Source: Candidatus Heimdallarchaeota archaeon (GTDB lineage: Archaea > Asgardarchaeota > Heimdallarchaeia > Heimdallarchaeales > Heimdallarchaeaceae). Taken from it: 64,000 bases of DNA. The notes beneath the pieces were generated by a model. That model was not told where the DNA came from, did no database searches, and saw only the letters and a list, made by a program, of their open reading frames with translations. This document shows positions 48,941 to 59,397 of this stretch, one piece after another. How positions within the stretch are numbered: the stretch's first letter is position 1; the number at the start of each line of letters is the position of its first letter. A program made the position numbers and the translations under genes. The stretch covers positions 32,001 through 96,000 of the forward strand of contig JAHLWR010000014.1 of the NCBI GenBank assembly GCA_019057815.1, read 5' to 3'.

Positions 48941-50239
48941 TTAACCTTGAACCTCTTTCTCAGCTATCTTTTCTTTTCCTATTAATGGTGTTAGGAATAG
49001 TATTGGAATTATTCCTACCAGGTATACACATGCAGTTACTAAGAAGCACAATTTGAAATTGTATGGAGGTTCTGAACCAATTAAGTATCCCCCTAGCAAT
49101 GCGCTGAAATTCCAGAAGAACCCCCAAGCGAAAGCTTCTAAAGAATTTATTTTTCCTCTGTGCTTTTTTGGGATAACATCCATTAGTATTGATCTGCTCA
49201 AAGGTTGCGCAGCGTTCATTAGTGACCCCCTAGTTATGAAAATTGGTACCAAAATATAGACTGGCGGGAAAAATGCTATTCCAAATAAACAAAGTGTTGC
49301 TATAAACTGAACTGTGAATATTATTTGTACTCTTCCTCTTTTCACTGAGAACTTTTGAGCTATCAAACTTGCTAAACCTGTAAATATAAATGTCAATCCC
49401 ATTATAACTTGAACCAGAACAGGATTGAGAAGATAAAATTCGTGCTCTTTGAAGAATATTGGAAAATATTTTATCGTCATACCAGCTCCAAAACCGATTA
49501 TTATGTTGCTTCCTACAAGTAGAATTGCAATAAGCGCAGTAGAACTGATTCTAGAATGTTTACCATTTCTCTTGTCATCATGATTATGGTCCATTTCAAG
49601 GTCTATAGATTCACTTGAAGTGTCTAAAGATTTTTTATCATCAAAGAAGAGCATTATGACAAGAGAAAAAAGCGTTATACAGATTCCTACTATCATAACA
49701 TTCTTCATGATTTGAATATCCCATTCATCTCCAAAGATTAGGAAAAGACCTACATTCAAGAATGGACCAATGGCCATAGAAACCTGTCTTGTAAGATGAA
49801 GCCATGAATAAGTACGGGAACGTTTTCCTGATTTAACTGAATCTGCTAATATAGACTCAAGAGAAGGTCTACTCATCCCTTGAAAAAGCCCCCATAACAC
49901 TAACGCTATTATAAGAAATTTGATTTCATTTTTACTAAATAAAATGAAACCTAGAGATGCAACACCTACAACTGAAGCAATTTTGAGAAAGATATCTCTT
50001 CTATATTTATCAATTAAGAAACCTGTAGGAAAAACAACGAGAGTCATTGTTATTCCAGTAGCAAAAGATGTCCATCCCAGAATTACGGGATTATCTCCAG
50101 CGATAGCAAAGATATAAACGCTAAGTACGTTACCCATCCACACTCCTCGACCTATTGACTGAGAAATGGAAAAAAGGAATGCAAGTTTAACATTGTGATT
50201 CATAGTTTTAATAGTATTTCGAAGAGATAAATTAGTCAA
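48941..50239 (-). CDS. MFS transporter
   Basis: About 12 TM helices; GFLIDKYRR motif A variant. Confidence 0.88.
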   Translation of the reverse strand: MTNLSLRNTIKTMNHNVKLAFLFSISQSIGRGVWMGNVLSVYIFAIAGDNPVILGWTSFATGITMTLVVFPTGFLIDKYRRDIFLKIASVVGVASLGFILFSKNEIKFLIIALVLWGLFQGMSRPSLESILADSVKSGKRSRTYSWLHLTRQVSMAIGPFLNVGLFLIFGDEWDIQIMKNVMIVGICITLFSLVIMLFFDDKKSLDTSSESIDLEMDHNHDDKRNGKHSRISSTALIAILLVGSNIIIGFGAGMTIKYFPIFFKEHEFYLLNPVLVQVIMGLTFIFTGLASLIAQKFSVKRGRVQIIFTVQFIATLCLFGIAFFPPVYILVPIFITRGSLMNAAQPLSRSILMDVIPKKHRGKINSLEAFAWGFFWNFSALLGGYLIGSEPPYNFKLCFLVTACVYLVGIIPILFLTPLIGKEKIAEKEVQG

Positions 50240-50629
50240 GAATACACATCCATAGCGCAGGATAAAGCTTCTGTGTATGATGAGAAATCTCTTATTTAAA
50301 ATATTTCTTTAACGACACATAAGATCAAGTAACTTTAAAATTAGAATTATCTTCTAACAACTATAAATATCAATTTCTCTTGAAAACTCTAGAAAGGATA
50401 GACACATCTCTTTGAGTAGAAAAAAGATAATTTTTTGAATAAGAAAAAGAAGAAAATCTGGGATTATTGAACTTCATTTCAATTTTTTCTCAATCAACTG
50501 TATAAAATACGAGAAAAGTTTTTAATATTTACTTTGAATTACATGTAGATATCGTGAAATGAGCTTTTAAAGATTATCAGGCAAATTAAAACTAGTTCAC
50601 GTAACGGTTTCTATCTAAGAGGTGAAAAA

Positions 50630-51142
50630 ATGAAACAGAAGAAAAAAATAATACTACTTTTTACAATCTGTATGCTTATCTTTGTCTTTAATGCTTTTCA
50701 AAGTCAAGCAAAAACATTCGGTGCAACTAGAGAACTGGATTTTAATAGCTCTTTCTCGGTGGGATATAAGGTGAGTAAAAATCAAAATATTAAATGGTCT
50801 TTTAATGGATCTAATTCACTTGTTGGTATTATAGTACTGGCAATGGATGAAAATAATTATAATATATTCATGGATGACGCCTTCAGCGCTTTCGCATACA
50901 CTTTATCAGATGGGAGCTACTATTCTCACTATGGAACTTTCAAAGCTAAATCGAGTGATAAGTGGTGGATTGCTTTCATAAATTTAGATGGAGATATGTT
51001 ATCAACCTCAATTACATACAAAGTTGAATTTCCATATATGAGTACGGGCTTATACATAGCAATAATTGGAGGACTTTCAGTAATGGTGGTTATAGCTGCC
51101 ATAGTCAGTTACAAACAAAAGAAAAAAAATAAACATCTTTGA
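50630..51142 (+). CDS. Secreted/membrane-anchored beta-sandwich protein
   Basis: GAGGTGA Shine-Dalgarno; signal peptide, beta-rich domain, C-terminal TM and Lys tail. Confidence 0.7.
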   Translation: MKQKKKIILLFTICMLIFVFNAFQSQAKTFGATRELDFNSSFSVGYKVSKNQNIKWSFNGSNSLVGIIVLAMDENNYNIFMDDAFSAFAYTLSDGSYYSHYGTFKAKSSDKWWIAFINLDGDMLSTSITYKVEFPYMSTGLYIAIIGGLSVMVVIAAIVSYKQKKKNKHL

Positions 51143-51454
51143 TTTCTGCTGTATCCCAGTCAAATATATATCAAACTAATGCACCACTACATACTACTCA
51201 CCAGCAATTTCTCTCAATAGACAGCTGAAATTACAGATAGGAATAAGAGAGCTTTTACACGAAACAAGTAAACGTGAAGTACCAATAAATTATGATATGA
51301 AAGAATTTGAAGAGGATTTAGAAATAATTGAGGAAGTATTGTGATGGTAGTTTGCATACAAGTTCTCTGATTGCACTTTCAAATATGAAAAGCTTATTTT
51401 TGAGAAATACTTGGGATTTATAGGTAGTGTAGATATATTGAACACTATTACTCT

Positions 51455-52150
51455 TTATCCTTTTTTAAAGCACTGTTTTAAATCCTCATCGAATAAATGA
51501 GCGTTTAACATCAGAATAAGGGAACCTGAATTAGCTAATACTTCACCCATCTCCTCAAAGCTTTGGTCTTTAGTCAAAGCACTAATCGCCTCACTATTTT
51601 TTTCAAACATACTAGCAGCTTCTGTGTCACGAAAAATCATAATTTTCTCCAAAAGTGCTCTTAAACAAGATTTTGATAGCTTTTGATCGGTTTTATACAT
51701 GATTATTAATTCCAATAGAATATCAATATGTTTATCTAACTTTTTTGAATCCTCGAAATCTTTGAAAGAAAGTTTGGGATAGAACATTCTTGCAGTTCTA
51801 GAATAGATAGCTTTTGTGGATCTTTTTCCAGGTTCAATACATCTCCCAGCTTCGATAACAAGCTTAAATTTCTTAAGATCCTTTAAATATCGATAAATAG
51901 TCATCTCGGACTTTTTCTCTTTTTTGAGAACCTCAGGGGCCAAACCAAGATCAGTTCCTCGCTTCTCAATAAAAGCATTATATTTTTTAGTTAATTCACT
52001 TACTGTTAAGGGACCCTCTCTTAATACAACAATTATTGGTTCGTAGACTGGATCTGATAGCATTTTATAGACTTTTTCATCTGTAATTGTTTTCAAAGCA
52101 ACTGGTTCAAATTCAATGAAATTTTGACAACTCATGTTTATCACGACCAT
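51455..52150 (-). CDS. Winged-helix (ArsR-like) transcription regulator
   Basis: LSDP...II..LREGPLTVSEL...TIYRYLKDL...LVIEAG...YSRTAR. Confidence 0.8.
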   Translation of the reverse strand: MVVINMSCQNFIEFEPVALKTITDEKVYKMLSDPVYEPIIVVLREGPLTVSELTKKYNAFIEKRGTDLGLAPEVLKKEKKSEMTIYRYLKDLKKFKLVIEAGRCIEPGKRSTKAIYSRTARMFYPKLSFKDFEDSKKLDKHIDILLELIIMYKTDQKLSKSCLRALLEKIMIFRDTEAASMFEKNSEAISALTKDQSFEEMGEVLANSGSLILMLNAHLFDEDLKQCFKKG

Positions 52151-52553
52151 TTCATCTGTTAGTTAACATAATATCATTAAGCGTTATAAACGTTTTCATT
52201 CAACAATAATCGCATTTTCTTACAATGGTGGCAGGAATATCATAATTCAAAACCTTTATTAACACAGAACGAAATAGTATTCTTAAGCAATAAGAATATG
52301 GTGTAAGAAAAATGGTAGCAGAAACAACAATCCTGAAAAATCAAATAATGACCGAATTTAGAGTTAAAGAACCAGAAACATTCTATACTAATCTTCAAAA
52401 ATTGGTTAAGAATGCAACAAGATTTCAATCAAGCAGAAAGGTTGATCAGATAACTCGATTATACCCCCAGAAATCTATTGAGGAGTTATTATCTATACAT
52501 AAGGATAAAGCTCGTGCAACGATAATGTTAAATTGTCCATATTTGTGATAATA

Positions 52554-53540
52554 TTACTCTTTTTTTCCTTCTTTTATTAAATCTAATCCTTGTTTTTCCT
52601 TAATTCGTGTTGAAATAATCATTATTGCTACTGCTAGCATAATTGCAAAACCTCCAATTAGATACCAACGAGTAATAGGTTCTTGTAAAATTATAGCTCC
52701 AAGAATAATTGCTCCTACAGGCTCATCTAGAAGAAGTATTGACTGTGTTGATGATTCTACATATTTGGCTGAAACCATGATCAAACCATACGAAATTATA
52801 CTTCCGAATAACGCAAGTAAACAACCTAATCCTATAATCTTCAAGTTAAAAACAGTACTGAATGAAAAACCAATCAGTGAAGAAGGTAATGGAAATAATC
52901 TAAATATCAATAGCATAGGTAATCCTATTATTAAACCCCAGAGTAACACGTAACTAATGGATAAAGTAGCTGAGATGTCAGTTCTATCTTTAGCTGACCA
53001 TCTACCGGCTAGTATATAAAAAGCATAAAGAAAGCCATTTGAAAGAGCAAGCAAGTCACCTGGTAAGGAAGAAACAAACGAACCCCATTTCCAAGGTTCA
53101 GTTAAAACAATAAGTCCTGATAATGCAAGAACTAGTGCTCCTACTTTTGTCTTGGAAATCTTCTCCTGGAAGAGTAAAGTTCCAAAAAGAAAAGTCATGA
53201 AAGGATGACTTTGTATCAACAATGCAGCTTTTCCTGCAGGGGTTCCCAATGAAATAGAACTTAAGTAAACGATTATCATTAAAGAGAAAATAAATCCTTG
53301 GATAAAGTATGCTTTTTGCAGCTTAGATGTCATAATCAGCTTTACTTCGTTTTTACGCTTAAACAAGAAAAAAAGAATAACTGCAATAGCAAAAATTGAA
53401 CCAAAAACAAGCCTGAGTAATGTTTGTTCTAAACTTGAAGCATTTAAATCTCTCATAAGAGCAGAAATAATAGGGATGGCACCAAAAGATAATCCTCCGA
53501 CAACAGCTGCTAAATAGCCTACTGTCTTCTTTTCTTTCAT
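52554..53540 (-). CDS. EamA/DMT family transporter
   Basis: About ten TM helices; LRL, QEKIS, GDLLAL, EPVGA. Confidence 0.88.
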   Translation of the reverse strand: MKEKKTVGYLAAVVGGLSFGAIPIISALMRDLNASSLEQTLLRLVFGSIFAIAVILFFLFKRKNEVKLIMTSKLQKAYFIQGFIFSLMIIVYLSSISLGTPAGKAALLIQSHPFMTFLFGTLLFQEKISKTKVGALVLALSGLIVLTEPWKWGSFVSSLPGDLLALSNGFLYAFYILAGRWSAKDRTDISATLSISYVLLWGLIIGLPMLLIFRLFPLPSSLIGFSFSTVFNLKIIGLGCLLALFGSIISYGLIMVSAKYVESSTQSILLLDEPVGAIILGAIILQEPITRWYLIGGFAIMLAVAIMIISTRIKEKQGLDLIKEGKKE

Positions 53541-53838
53541 ATTACTTCACAACTAAATATTTCTTAATTACATCTCTTAAAAAGCTGTATGTAATATTAT
53601 TCATCTTAAGGATGAATTTACACACAAACAGGATTTAAAAGAAGGAAGGTATCAGAGTATCTCTTTTGTTTTAGGTACTCTGACATACAAAATCTTTTAT
53701 TAAGACACTTATATTTGTTATTAGCTTAAATAAAATGTTTTCGAAAAAATATTCATTAAGCAGCTTATATTCTATTTCTAGGATATTTATAATAATGAAT
53801 AATTATATCTCCAAAAGAGAGGATGTCTCAGATTAAGA

Positions 53839-54840
53839 GTGGGTTTACCGAAAATAGGACGTTTTAACATAGGATTACTGAACAAAAAAAGGGGTAATTT
53901 TGAATTACAGGAAAAATTTGCAGGTTCTAATAAGGTTGTTGACGAAACATCCAAAGAGGTAGCACATCACCAACAAGCTTTGATTGATTCGGGGTATGAC
54001 GTTTGTATAATAGATTGGGGTCCTGATTTTATTAAAGATATAAGAAAAGCAAATGTTGATATTGTATTTAACGTTTCCAGTGTGGTGGAAGCTGCAATAT
54101 TAGAAGAAATTAAGATACCTTATGTTGGCTCTGATACTTTCACAATAGCAATTACAACAGACAAATCACTTACAAAAAGGATGTTGCAACATGCGGGTTT
54201 GCCAACATCACCTTTCCATGTAGCAAGAACAGAAGCAGATTGTAGGATTTTTAAGGAAAATCCACCTTTTGATTATCCACTTTTTATAAAACCTGTAGCA
54301 GGAAGAGGTAGTGCTGGAATAAATGAGGAATCTGTTATTGATAACTATGATCAGCTAGTAAAAGGTGTACTAGAAAGATATAAAACCATAGGACAGCCAG
54401 TCTTAATTGAGAGATTCTTAAAAGGAAGGGAAATAACATTCGGTGTTTTAGGTAATAATGAAGAGATAAGGGCACTCCCACCTTTGGAGATAGTGTGTAG
54501 TGAAAGGAATGTCACATTGACATATGATAAGAAAGAAATGGACAATGATCGTTTTTTCTGCCCTGCAAAACTAACAAAAGAAAAAACATTGGAGTTGCAA
54601 TTGCTGGCAATTAAAGCTTACAAAGTATTAGGTTTCAAGGATTATGGAAGGATAGATACTAAATTAACAGCGGACGGACCCTTCCTGCTTGAAGGAAATA
54701 CTTTTGCAGGTCTGATGTGCACGCCAGTAGAAAAACCTCATAGCTATATAGGATTTATGGCCGCTGCAGAAGGAAAACATAGCAAAGAATTAATTGATGA
54801 AATAGTCCAGATTGCGATAAAGAGGTATGATCTAAGATAG
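53839..54840 (+). CDS. D-alanine--D-alanine ligase-like ATP-grasp enzyme
   Basis: IPYVGSD, DKSLTK, PLFIKP..GSAGI, ERFLKGRE, YGRID, LEGNT; lacks the Ddl N-terminal GGxSxE. Confidence 0.8.
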   Translation: MGLPKIGRFNIGLLNKKRGNFELQEKFAGSNKVVDETSKEVAHHQQALIDSGYDVCIIDWGPDFIKDIRKANVDIVFNVSSVVEAAILEEIKIPYVGSDTFTIAITTDKSLTKRMLQHAGLPTSPFHVARTEADCRIFKENPPFDYPLFIKPVAGRGSAGINEESVIDNYDQLVKGVLERYKTIGQPVLIERFLKGREITFGVLGNNEEIRALPPLEIVCSERNVTLTYDKKEMDNDRFFCPAKLTKEKTLELQLLAIKAYKVLGFKDYGRIDTKLTADGPFLLEGNTFAGLMCTPVEKPHSYIGFMAAAEGKHSKELIDEIVQIAIKRYDLR

Positions 54841-54841
54841 A

Positions 54842-55918
54842 GTGACTGGTATGAAAACACCCAGGATAGAGATAAACCTTGCAAAAATTGCACATAATGC
54901 CAAAAAGTTGAAGGAACTATACGGTTCAAAAGGTATCGGGGTAATTGGCGTAACAAAGGTGGTTTGTGGAGATCCCAAGATCGCTGATATCTTGGTAAAA
55001 AGCGGAATAAATACTCTTGCCGATTCAAGGATAACCAATATCAGGAGGATGCGTAAAGCAGGCATACAGGCACAGTTTGTCCTGTTAAGAACACCCATAC
55101 CTAGCCAAGCTGAATCAGTAGTAAAGTATGCCGACATTAGTCTTAATTCGGAGCTATCAGTAATCAAAAGCCTCTCAAAGTTTGCCATGAAAAACAATAC
55201 AACACATAAAATCATTTTAATGGTAGAGTTGGGTGATCTAAGAGAGGGGTTAATGACTTCGGATTTAGAGGACATCGTAAGAGAGGTAGTAGAGCTGGAA
55301 GGGATTAAGCTTTCAGGTATAGGAACAAATCTGGCTTGTCTTGGAGGGATCAAACCGGACGAGGAGAAAATGGGATATTTGTCCTCACTCACTATAGAGG
55401 TTAAAGAGAGGTTCGACCTGACATTGGAGTTTGTTTCAGGTGGGAACTCAGCCAATTATAACTGGTTCATGTCCACAAAGGATGTTGGAAGGATCAATAA
55501 CTTAAGACTGGGCGAATCGATCTATTTGGGACGTGAAACCCTCTATAGAAAAACCATCCCAGGATTATTCACAGATGCATTTACACTGGTAGCAGAGGTC
55601 ATTGAATCGAAAATAAAGCCATCTGTACCATATGGAGAGGTATGTCAAGACGCATTTGGTAATATTCCAGAATTTCAAGATCGAGGACAAATAAGAAGAG
55701 CTATACTTGGAGTTGGATTACAAGATGTTCTAGTTTCTGGACTAACTCCCAGATCAGCGATTAACATCCTTGGTTCAAGCAGTGACCATATCATAGTTGA
55801 TGCAAAGGAGATAGATTTAAATGTGGGAAACGAAGTGGAGTTCAACCTCAATTACGGTGCGTTACTCTCAGCTATGACATCTCCCTATGTAATGAAAAAA
55901 TATGTAAATAATCTTTAG
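54842..55918 (+). CDS. Alanine/ornithine racemase-family PLP enzyme
   Basis: GVTKVVCG (PLP Lys), LADSR, GDLREG, GTNLAC, SGGNS, LRLGE, SSDH; ornithine-racemase-like subfamily. Confidence 0.88.
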   Translation: MTGMKTPRIEINLAKIAHNAKKLKELYGSKGIGVIGVTKVVCGDPKIADILVKSGINTLADSRITNIRRMRKAGIQAQFVLLRTPIPSQAESVVKYADISLNSELSVIKSLSKFAMKNNTTHKIILMVELGDLREGLMTSDLEDIVREVVELEGIKLSGIGTNLACLGGIKPDEEKMGYLSSLTIEVKERFDLTLEFVSGGNSANYNWFMSTKDVGRINNLRLGESIYLGRETLYRKTIPGLFTDAFTLVAEVIESKIKPSVPYGEVCQDAFGNIPEFQDRGQIRRAILGVGLQDVLVSGLTPRSAINILGSSSDHIIVDAKEIDLNVGNEVEFNLNYGALLSAMTSPYVMKKYVNNL

Positions 55919-56534
55919 ACTGAGAAGATGGAAAAAAGGAAAGCTAGCTTAATATTTTGATTCATGATCTTAATTGTATGTTTAAGTGAAAAATGGGCCA
56001 AGAATACACCTCTAAGTTTAGAATTAGAGTTTTTATTCAATCTCTAATACATGTTTTAGAAGTTTTTTTTAAACAGTACATAAACTCAAAAAAAAGCGAA
56101 ATAATATTATATTATTGCTACTAGAAATCACAATTAAAATCAATTTTAGAGAAAAATTAATAAGAAGAAAACTGTACACTAAACTGCATATCTGGGGAAA
56201 AGCAGTGGTAAAAAACGGCCAAAAAGCAAGATTTAAGAAACTAGATCGCTTTGTTGAAGAGATAATAGATGGAGAGATTTGGACAATAATGAATGAAAAA
56301 ATGATTTCTAATGTAACTCTAAACGATTCAGACAATGCTAAATCGAAAAGATAATAAGGAAAACTTTTCCAAAATGAGGATACAAAATTAGTCAAGGAAT
56401 ATTAAATCATTTTTAGTAAAGCTTCTCTACCAGAAATTCTTACTTCTGTAAGTTATTTTTATCATCCAAATATACAAGAGTTCATTATATACTAAATAGA
56501 AAATTACTTTAAGTAGAATATTCTACTTATCTTT

Positions 56535-56819
56535 ATGTCTAGTGTAAAACTATCAAAAAAGCACCTTTTAGAGCAAATTCAAGCTAAATTAGTTCTGATA
56601 CAAGGTTCCAAAATATCTCAACAGGAAATTTTGGATAAATGTATAGAATTTTCGCACAATCATTTAGCTCAATTTGTTCAAGAACAATTAGATTCAACTC
56701 CAATAACTCCAGAACAAATAAGAAAGATTCTTAATAGTGCTTTAGATATCAATCTCTATCATCAGGATGAAACAGATGATGATCTACTCTATGGTATTTC
56801 TAAGACTGAGGAAAAGTGA
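56535..56819 (+). CDS. Putative VapB-type antitoxin
   Basis: Small protein with acidic DDDLLYG tail; GTGA overlap with the PIN gene. Confidence 0.7.
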   Translation: MSSVKLSKKHLLEQIQAKLVLIQGSKISQQEILDKCIEFSHNHLAQFVQEQLDSTPITPEQIRKILNSALDINLYHQDETDDDLLYGISKTEEK

Positions 56820-57247
56820 CTAGTATGGGAATAGTCTTAGATACAAGTTTCCTTTATGCACTTGTAATAGAGAAAGATAAAAACCATGAAGGAGCACAGA
56901 TGATATTGAAAAATTCTGAATGGGAAAAATTTGGACCAGTTGTTACAATAGGTTTAGTGGTTAATGAAACATTTACATTAATGAATATGAGAACAAAAGG
57001 CAATATTATAGCAATAGAACTGTTAAACGATATTTTTTATGGAGAAAAAAACTTCTTTAGTATTATCTATCTAAATGAAGAAGATTTCAAATCATCAGTC
57101 AACATTATGAAAAAATATTCTAAAAAAGAAAGGATTCTGAGTTTTGTTGATGCTGCTTTGATTTATTTAGCAAAAAGATTGAGGTATGAAAATATTATAT
57201 CCTTTGATTCACATTTTAATGGGATTTTAACTAGAATCTTTGAATAA
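56816..57247 (+). CDS. vapC: PIN-domain toxin
   Basis: VLDTSFL, D.NH, E, LSFVDA, SFDSHF. Confidence 0.88.
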   Translation: MTSMGIVLDTSFLYALVIEKDKNHEGAQMILKNSEWEKFGPVVTIGLVVNETFTLMNMRTKGNIIAIELLNDIFYGEKNFFSIIYLNEEDFKSSVNIMKKYSKKERILSFVDAALIYLAKRLRYENIISFDSHFNGILTRIFE

Positions 57248-57430
57248 TATCTGTTTTTAACAATTAATTTGTTACTAAAAACTAACAAAATAGGAATTAT
57301 TTTCTATTTTGTAGCCTCTTATCTTAAAAACCACTAATTTTGAAAAGGTTCAGTTTTCAACAACATCATAAAGCTTCTCAAACAGAAATTTTTTACTTTT
57401 ATAGAACCAACAATTTCAATAAAAAAAGGT

Positions 57431-58735
57431 TTAACTCAACTTTTTCTTTCTTTTCTGAGTTAGAAATAGCACACATACAGGAGTTAAAACTAAAATAAAG
57501 AAACTGGAAAAGCTAGTTTGTACGGTTTCTTGAAGTAGCATTGAGAAATCATATTTTATATCATCTAAGAGCATACTAGTAGCATTTAAAACAGTAAATA
57601 TTGAAGAACCATTATTGAACATTGCGTCTACACAATGATATAGAGTATAACCTTTAAGATATAACTCTTCATGATGTTCGTGTCCATATAACATAACTTC
57701 AATACTGTATAGTTTTCGTAGATTGGATGCTTGATTCATAAAGTTAGAATGATAAAATAAAATACTTGGAATATTGTTTTGATGAGCTAAGCCCAGAACT
57801 TCTTTAACGGTATTATATTCACTTGAACTTATTCCCTCTTTAGTTGCACTATAACCTACATAGAGCCAATCAAGAAATTCAAAACTTATAATATTATTTT
57901 CTCCCAGATATTTTTCCCATATTACTCTAGAATTATCAGGAAGTATAGTAGAATAATCTAAATCATGATTTCCTGCTATAATAAACACAGGCATATCTAG
58001 CAAATCCAGAGCCCAAAGACCAAGCTTCAACTGAATCTCAGCAGCTAAAGGTTTCTTTGTAACAGGATCTACAAACAACCAAGCTGGTCCTCCTTCGATT
58101 AAATCTCCAGTGAAAATAGCAAAATCCACATCTAGATTCTTTATCTCTTCAATTTTATTCAAACAGATATCAGTTGTGTTTAATTGCCCATAACAAGGAA
58201 AATGGCTATCAGATATATGAATAAAATTGAAAGGATACTCTTTCTTCTTAATGATCTTAACTGAATGGGTTTGAAAATCGTCACCGATACTACTATTGAA
58301 CTGTAAATCGTAAAGACCCTCAACATTTAAGGATGGTTGAACAGTGAGAACACAACCATCATCACTACTATAAGAATCCAAGACTTCTAATTCAATTGTA
58401 TTCACAGTATTTACTAATGAAAGAGTCCAATTGTCAGGTAGAGAAGATGAATTTATTGTTACATTAAAATTTCCATCAAAGTCAGTTATAATTGGTCTTC
58501 CTTTATTTGGAGAAATAATTAGATCTATAGGTCTTGCAACTAAGTTGTACCGTTGATGTTTTGTTTCATTAAAGTACTCAATAGGGGATGTTGTGTTATA
58601 ATTTGAACTAAAAGAAGAGCTGACATTCTCCTCAAATTGTACATTAGAATCTACATTTAAATTTGCTTTAGAGTTTAAAATAAACAATAACATCGATGTT
58701 ATCAGAATAACTTTGAGCTTGTAGATATCAATCAT
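57431..58735 (-). CDS. Surface-anchored calcineurin-like metallophosphoesterase
   Basis: Signal peptide, HISDSH, TGDL, GNHD, GHEH, C-terminal TM and basic tail. Confidence 0.85.
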   Translation of the reverse strand: MIDIYKLKVILITSMLLFILNSKANLNVDSNVQFEENVSSSFSSNYNTTSPIEYFNETKHQRYNLVARPIDLIISPNKGRPIITDFDGNFNVTINSSSLPDNWTLSLVNTVNTIELEVLDSYSSDDGCVLTVQPSLNVEGLYDLQFNSSIGDDFQTHSVKIIKKKEYPFNFIHISDSHFPCYGQLNTTDICLNKIEEIKNLDVDFAIFTGDLIEGGPAWLFVDPVTKKPLAAEIQLKLGLWALDLLDMPVFIIAGNHDLDYSTILPDNSRVIWEKYLGENNIISFEFLDWLYVGYSATKEGISSSEYNTVKEVLGLAHQNNIPSILFYHSNFMNQASNLRKLYSIEVMLYGHEHHEELYLKGYTLYHCVDAMFNNGSSIFTVLNATSMLLDDIKYDFSMLLQETVQTSFSSFFILVLTPVCVLFLTQKRKKKLS

Positions 58736-58969
58736 GAAAACCAGTTCCTCTTTATAATTTTCTTTAGCTTTTTCTAATTCTCATTTTGGCATATAAACTT
58801 TAGCCATTGGTGGAAGAACCCACCACCTATATTCATGTTTATTTGAGGTAGAGAAGTTGTAAGCTTGCTATAATATACTATTCTGTATCTGTGTTTGTGG
58901 GAAAATTTTTTAATATTTCAAGAATATTTATATTCTGTTTTCTTTCAATTTAGAAAGAGGAGAAAAATT

Positions 58970-59267
58970 TTAACTAAAGTCATGGTAATTAATGGAAGTC
59001 CAAAGTTAGAGAAAAGCTGGAGCATCAGTTGAAATGATTTACACAAAAAAACTCAAGATCCTTCCTTGTGTTGGTTGTTTTAAATGCTGGGGAGAAACTA
59101 TTGGTGAATGTTTTATCCAAGATGATATGCAAGAACTTTAACCTAAGCTTAAAGAATCAGATATCTTAGTTTTAGCAACACCAGTTTATTCTACCCTTCC
59201 TGGAGAAATGCAGAATTTTGTTAACAGATTAGTACCTCTTATAGAACCTATACATGTACAAATATAA
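58970..59267 (+). pseudogene. Iron-sulfur flavoprotein / NADPH-dependent FMN reductase pseudogene
   Basis: KVMVINGSPK, then a frameshift to KAGASVE...PCVGCFKCW...C...DDMQEL*PKLKESDILVLATPVY; no valid start codon, in-frame TAA, truncated. Confidence 0.8.
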
Positions 59268-59397
59268 ATTTTGAGTAAAAGCTGTTTTTCTTAATAATTA
59301 GTATTTTAAGACATTCAATTTTTTAAAAAAATTAATACTACAAAGGTGAAGATAGATGTGCTGATTGGTATCGAAAAATATTCTTTTCTCTTTTCTT

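Noticed and set aside
52240-52548. ORFs 52312-52548 (+) and 52240-52428 (-)
   Set aside because: No motif; could be a gene fragment but cannot be supported
54832-55455. 207-aa antisense ORF, and similar shadow ORFs (e.g. 8280-8618, 14309-14596, 31629-31916, 45602-45940)
   Set aside because: They lie opposite well-supported genes and have no protein-family features
56069-56395. ORFs 56115-56354 (+) and 56069-56395 (-)
   Set aside because: Mutually overlapping with no recognisable domain; possibly a remnant at the edge of the acquired segment
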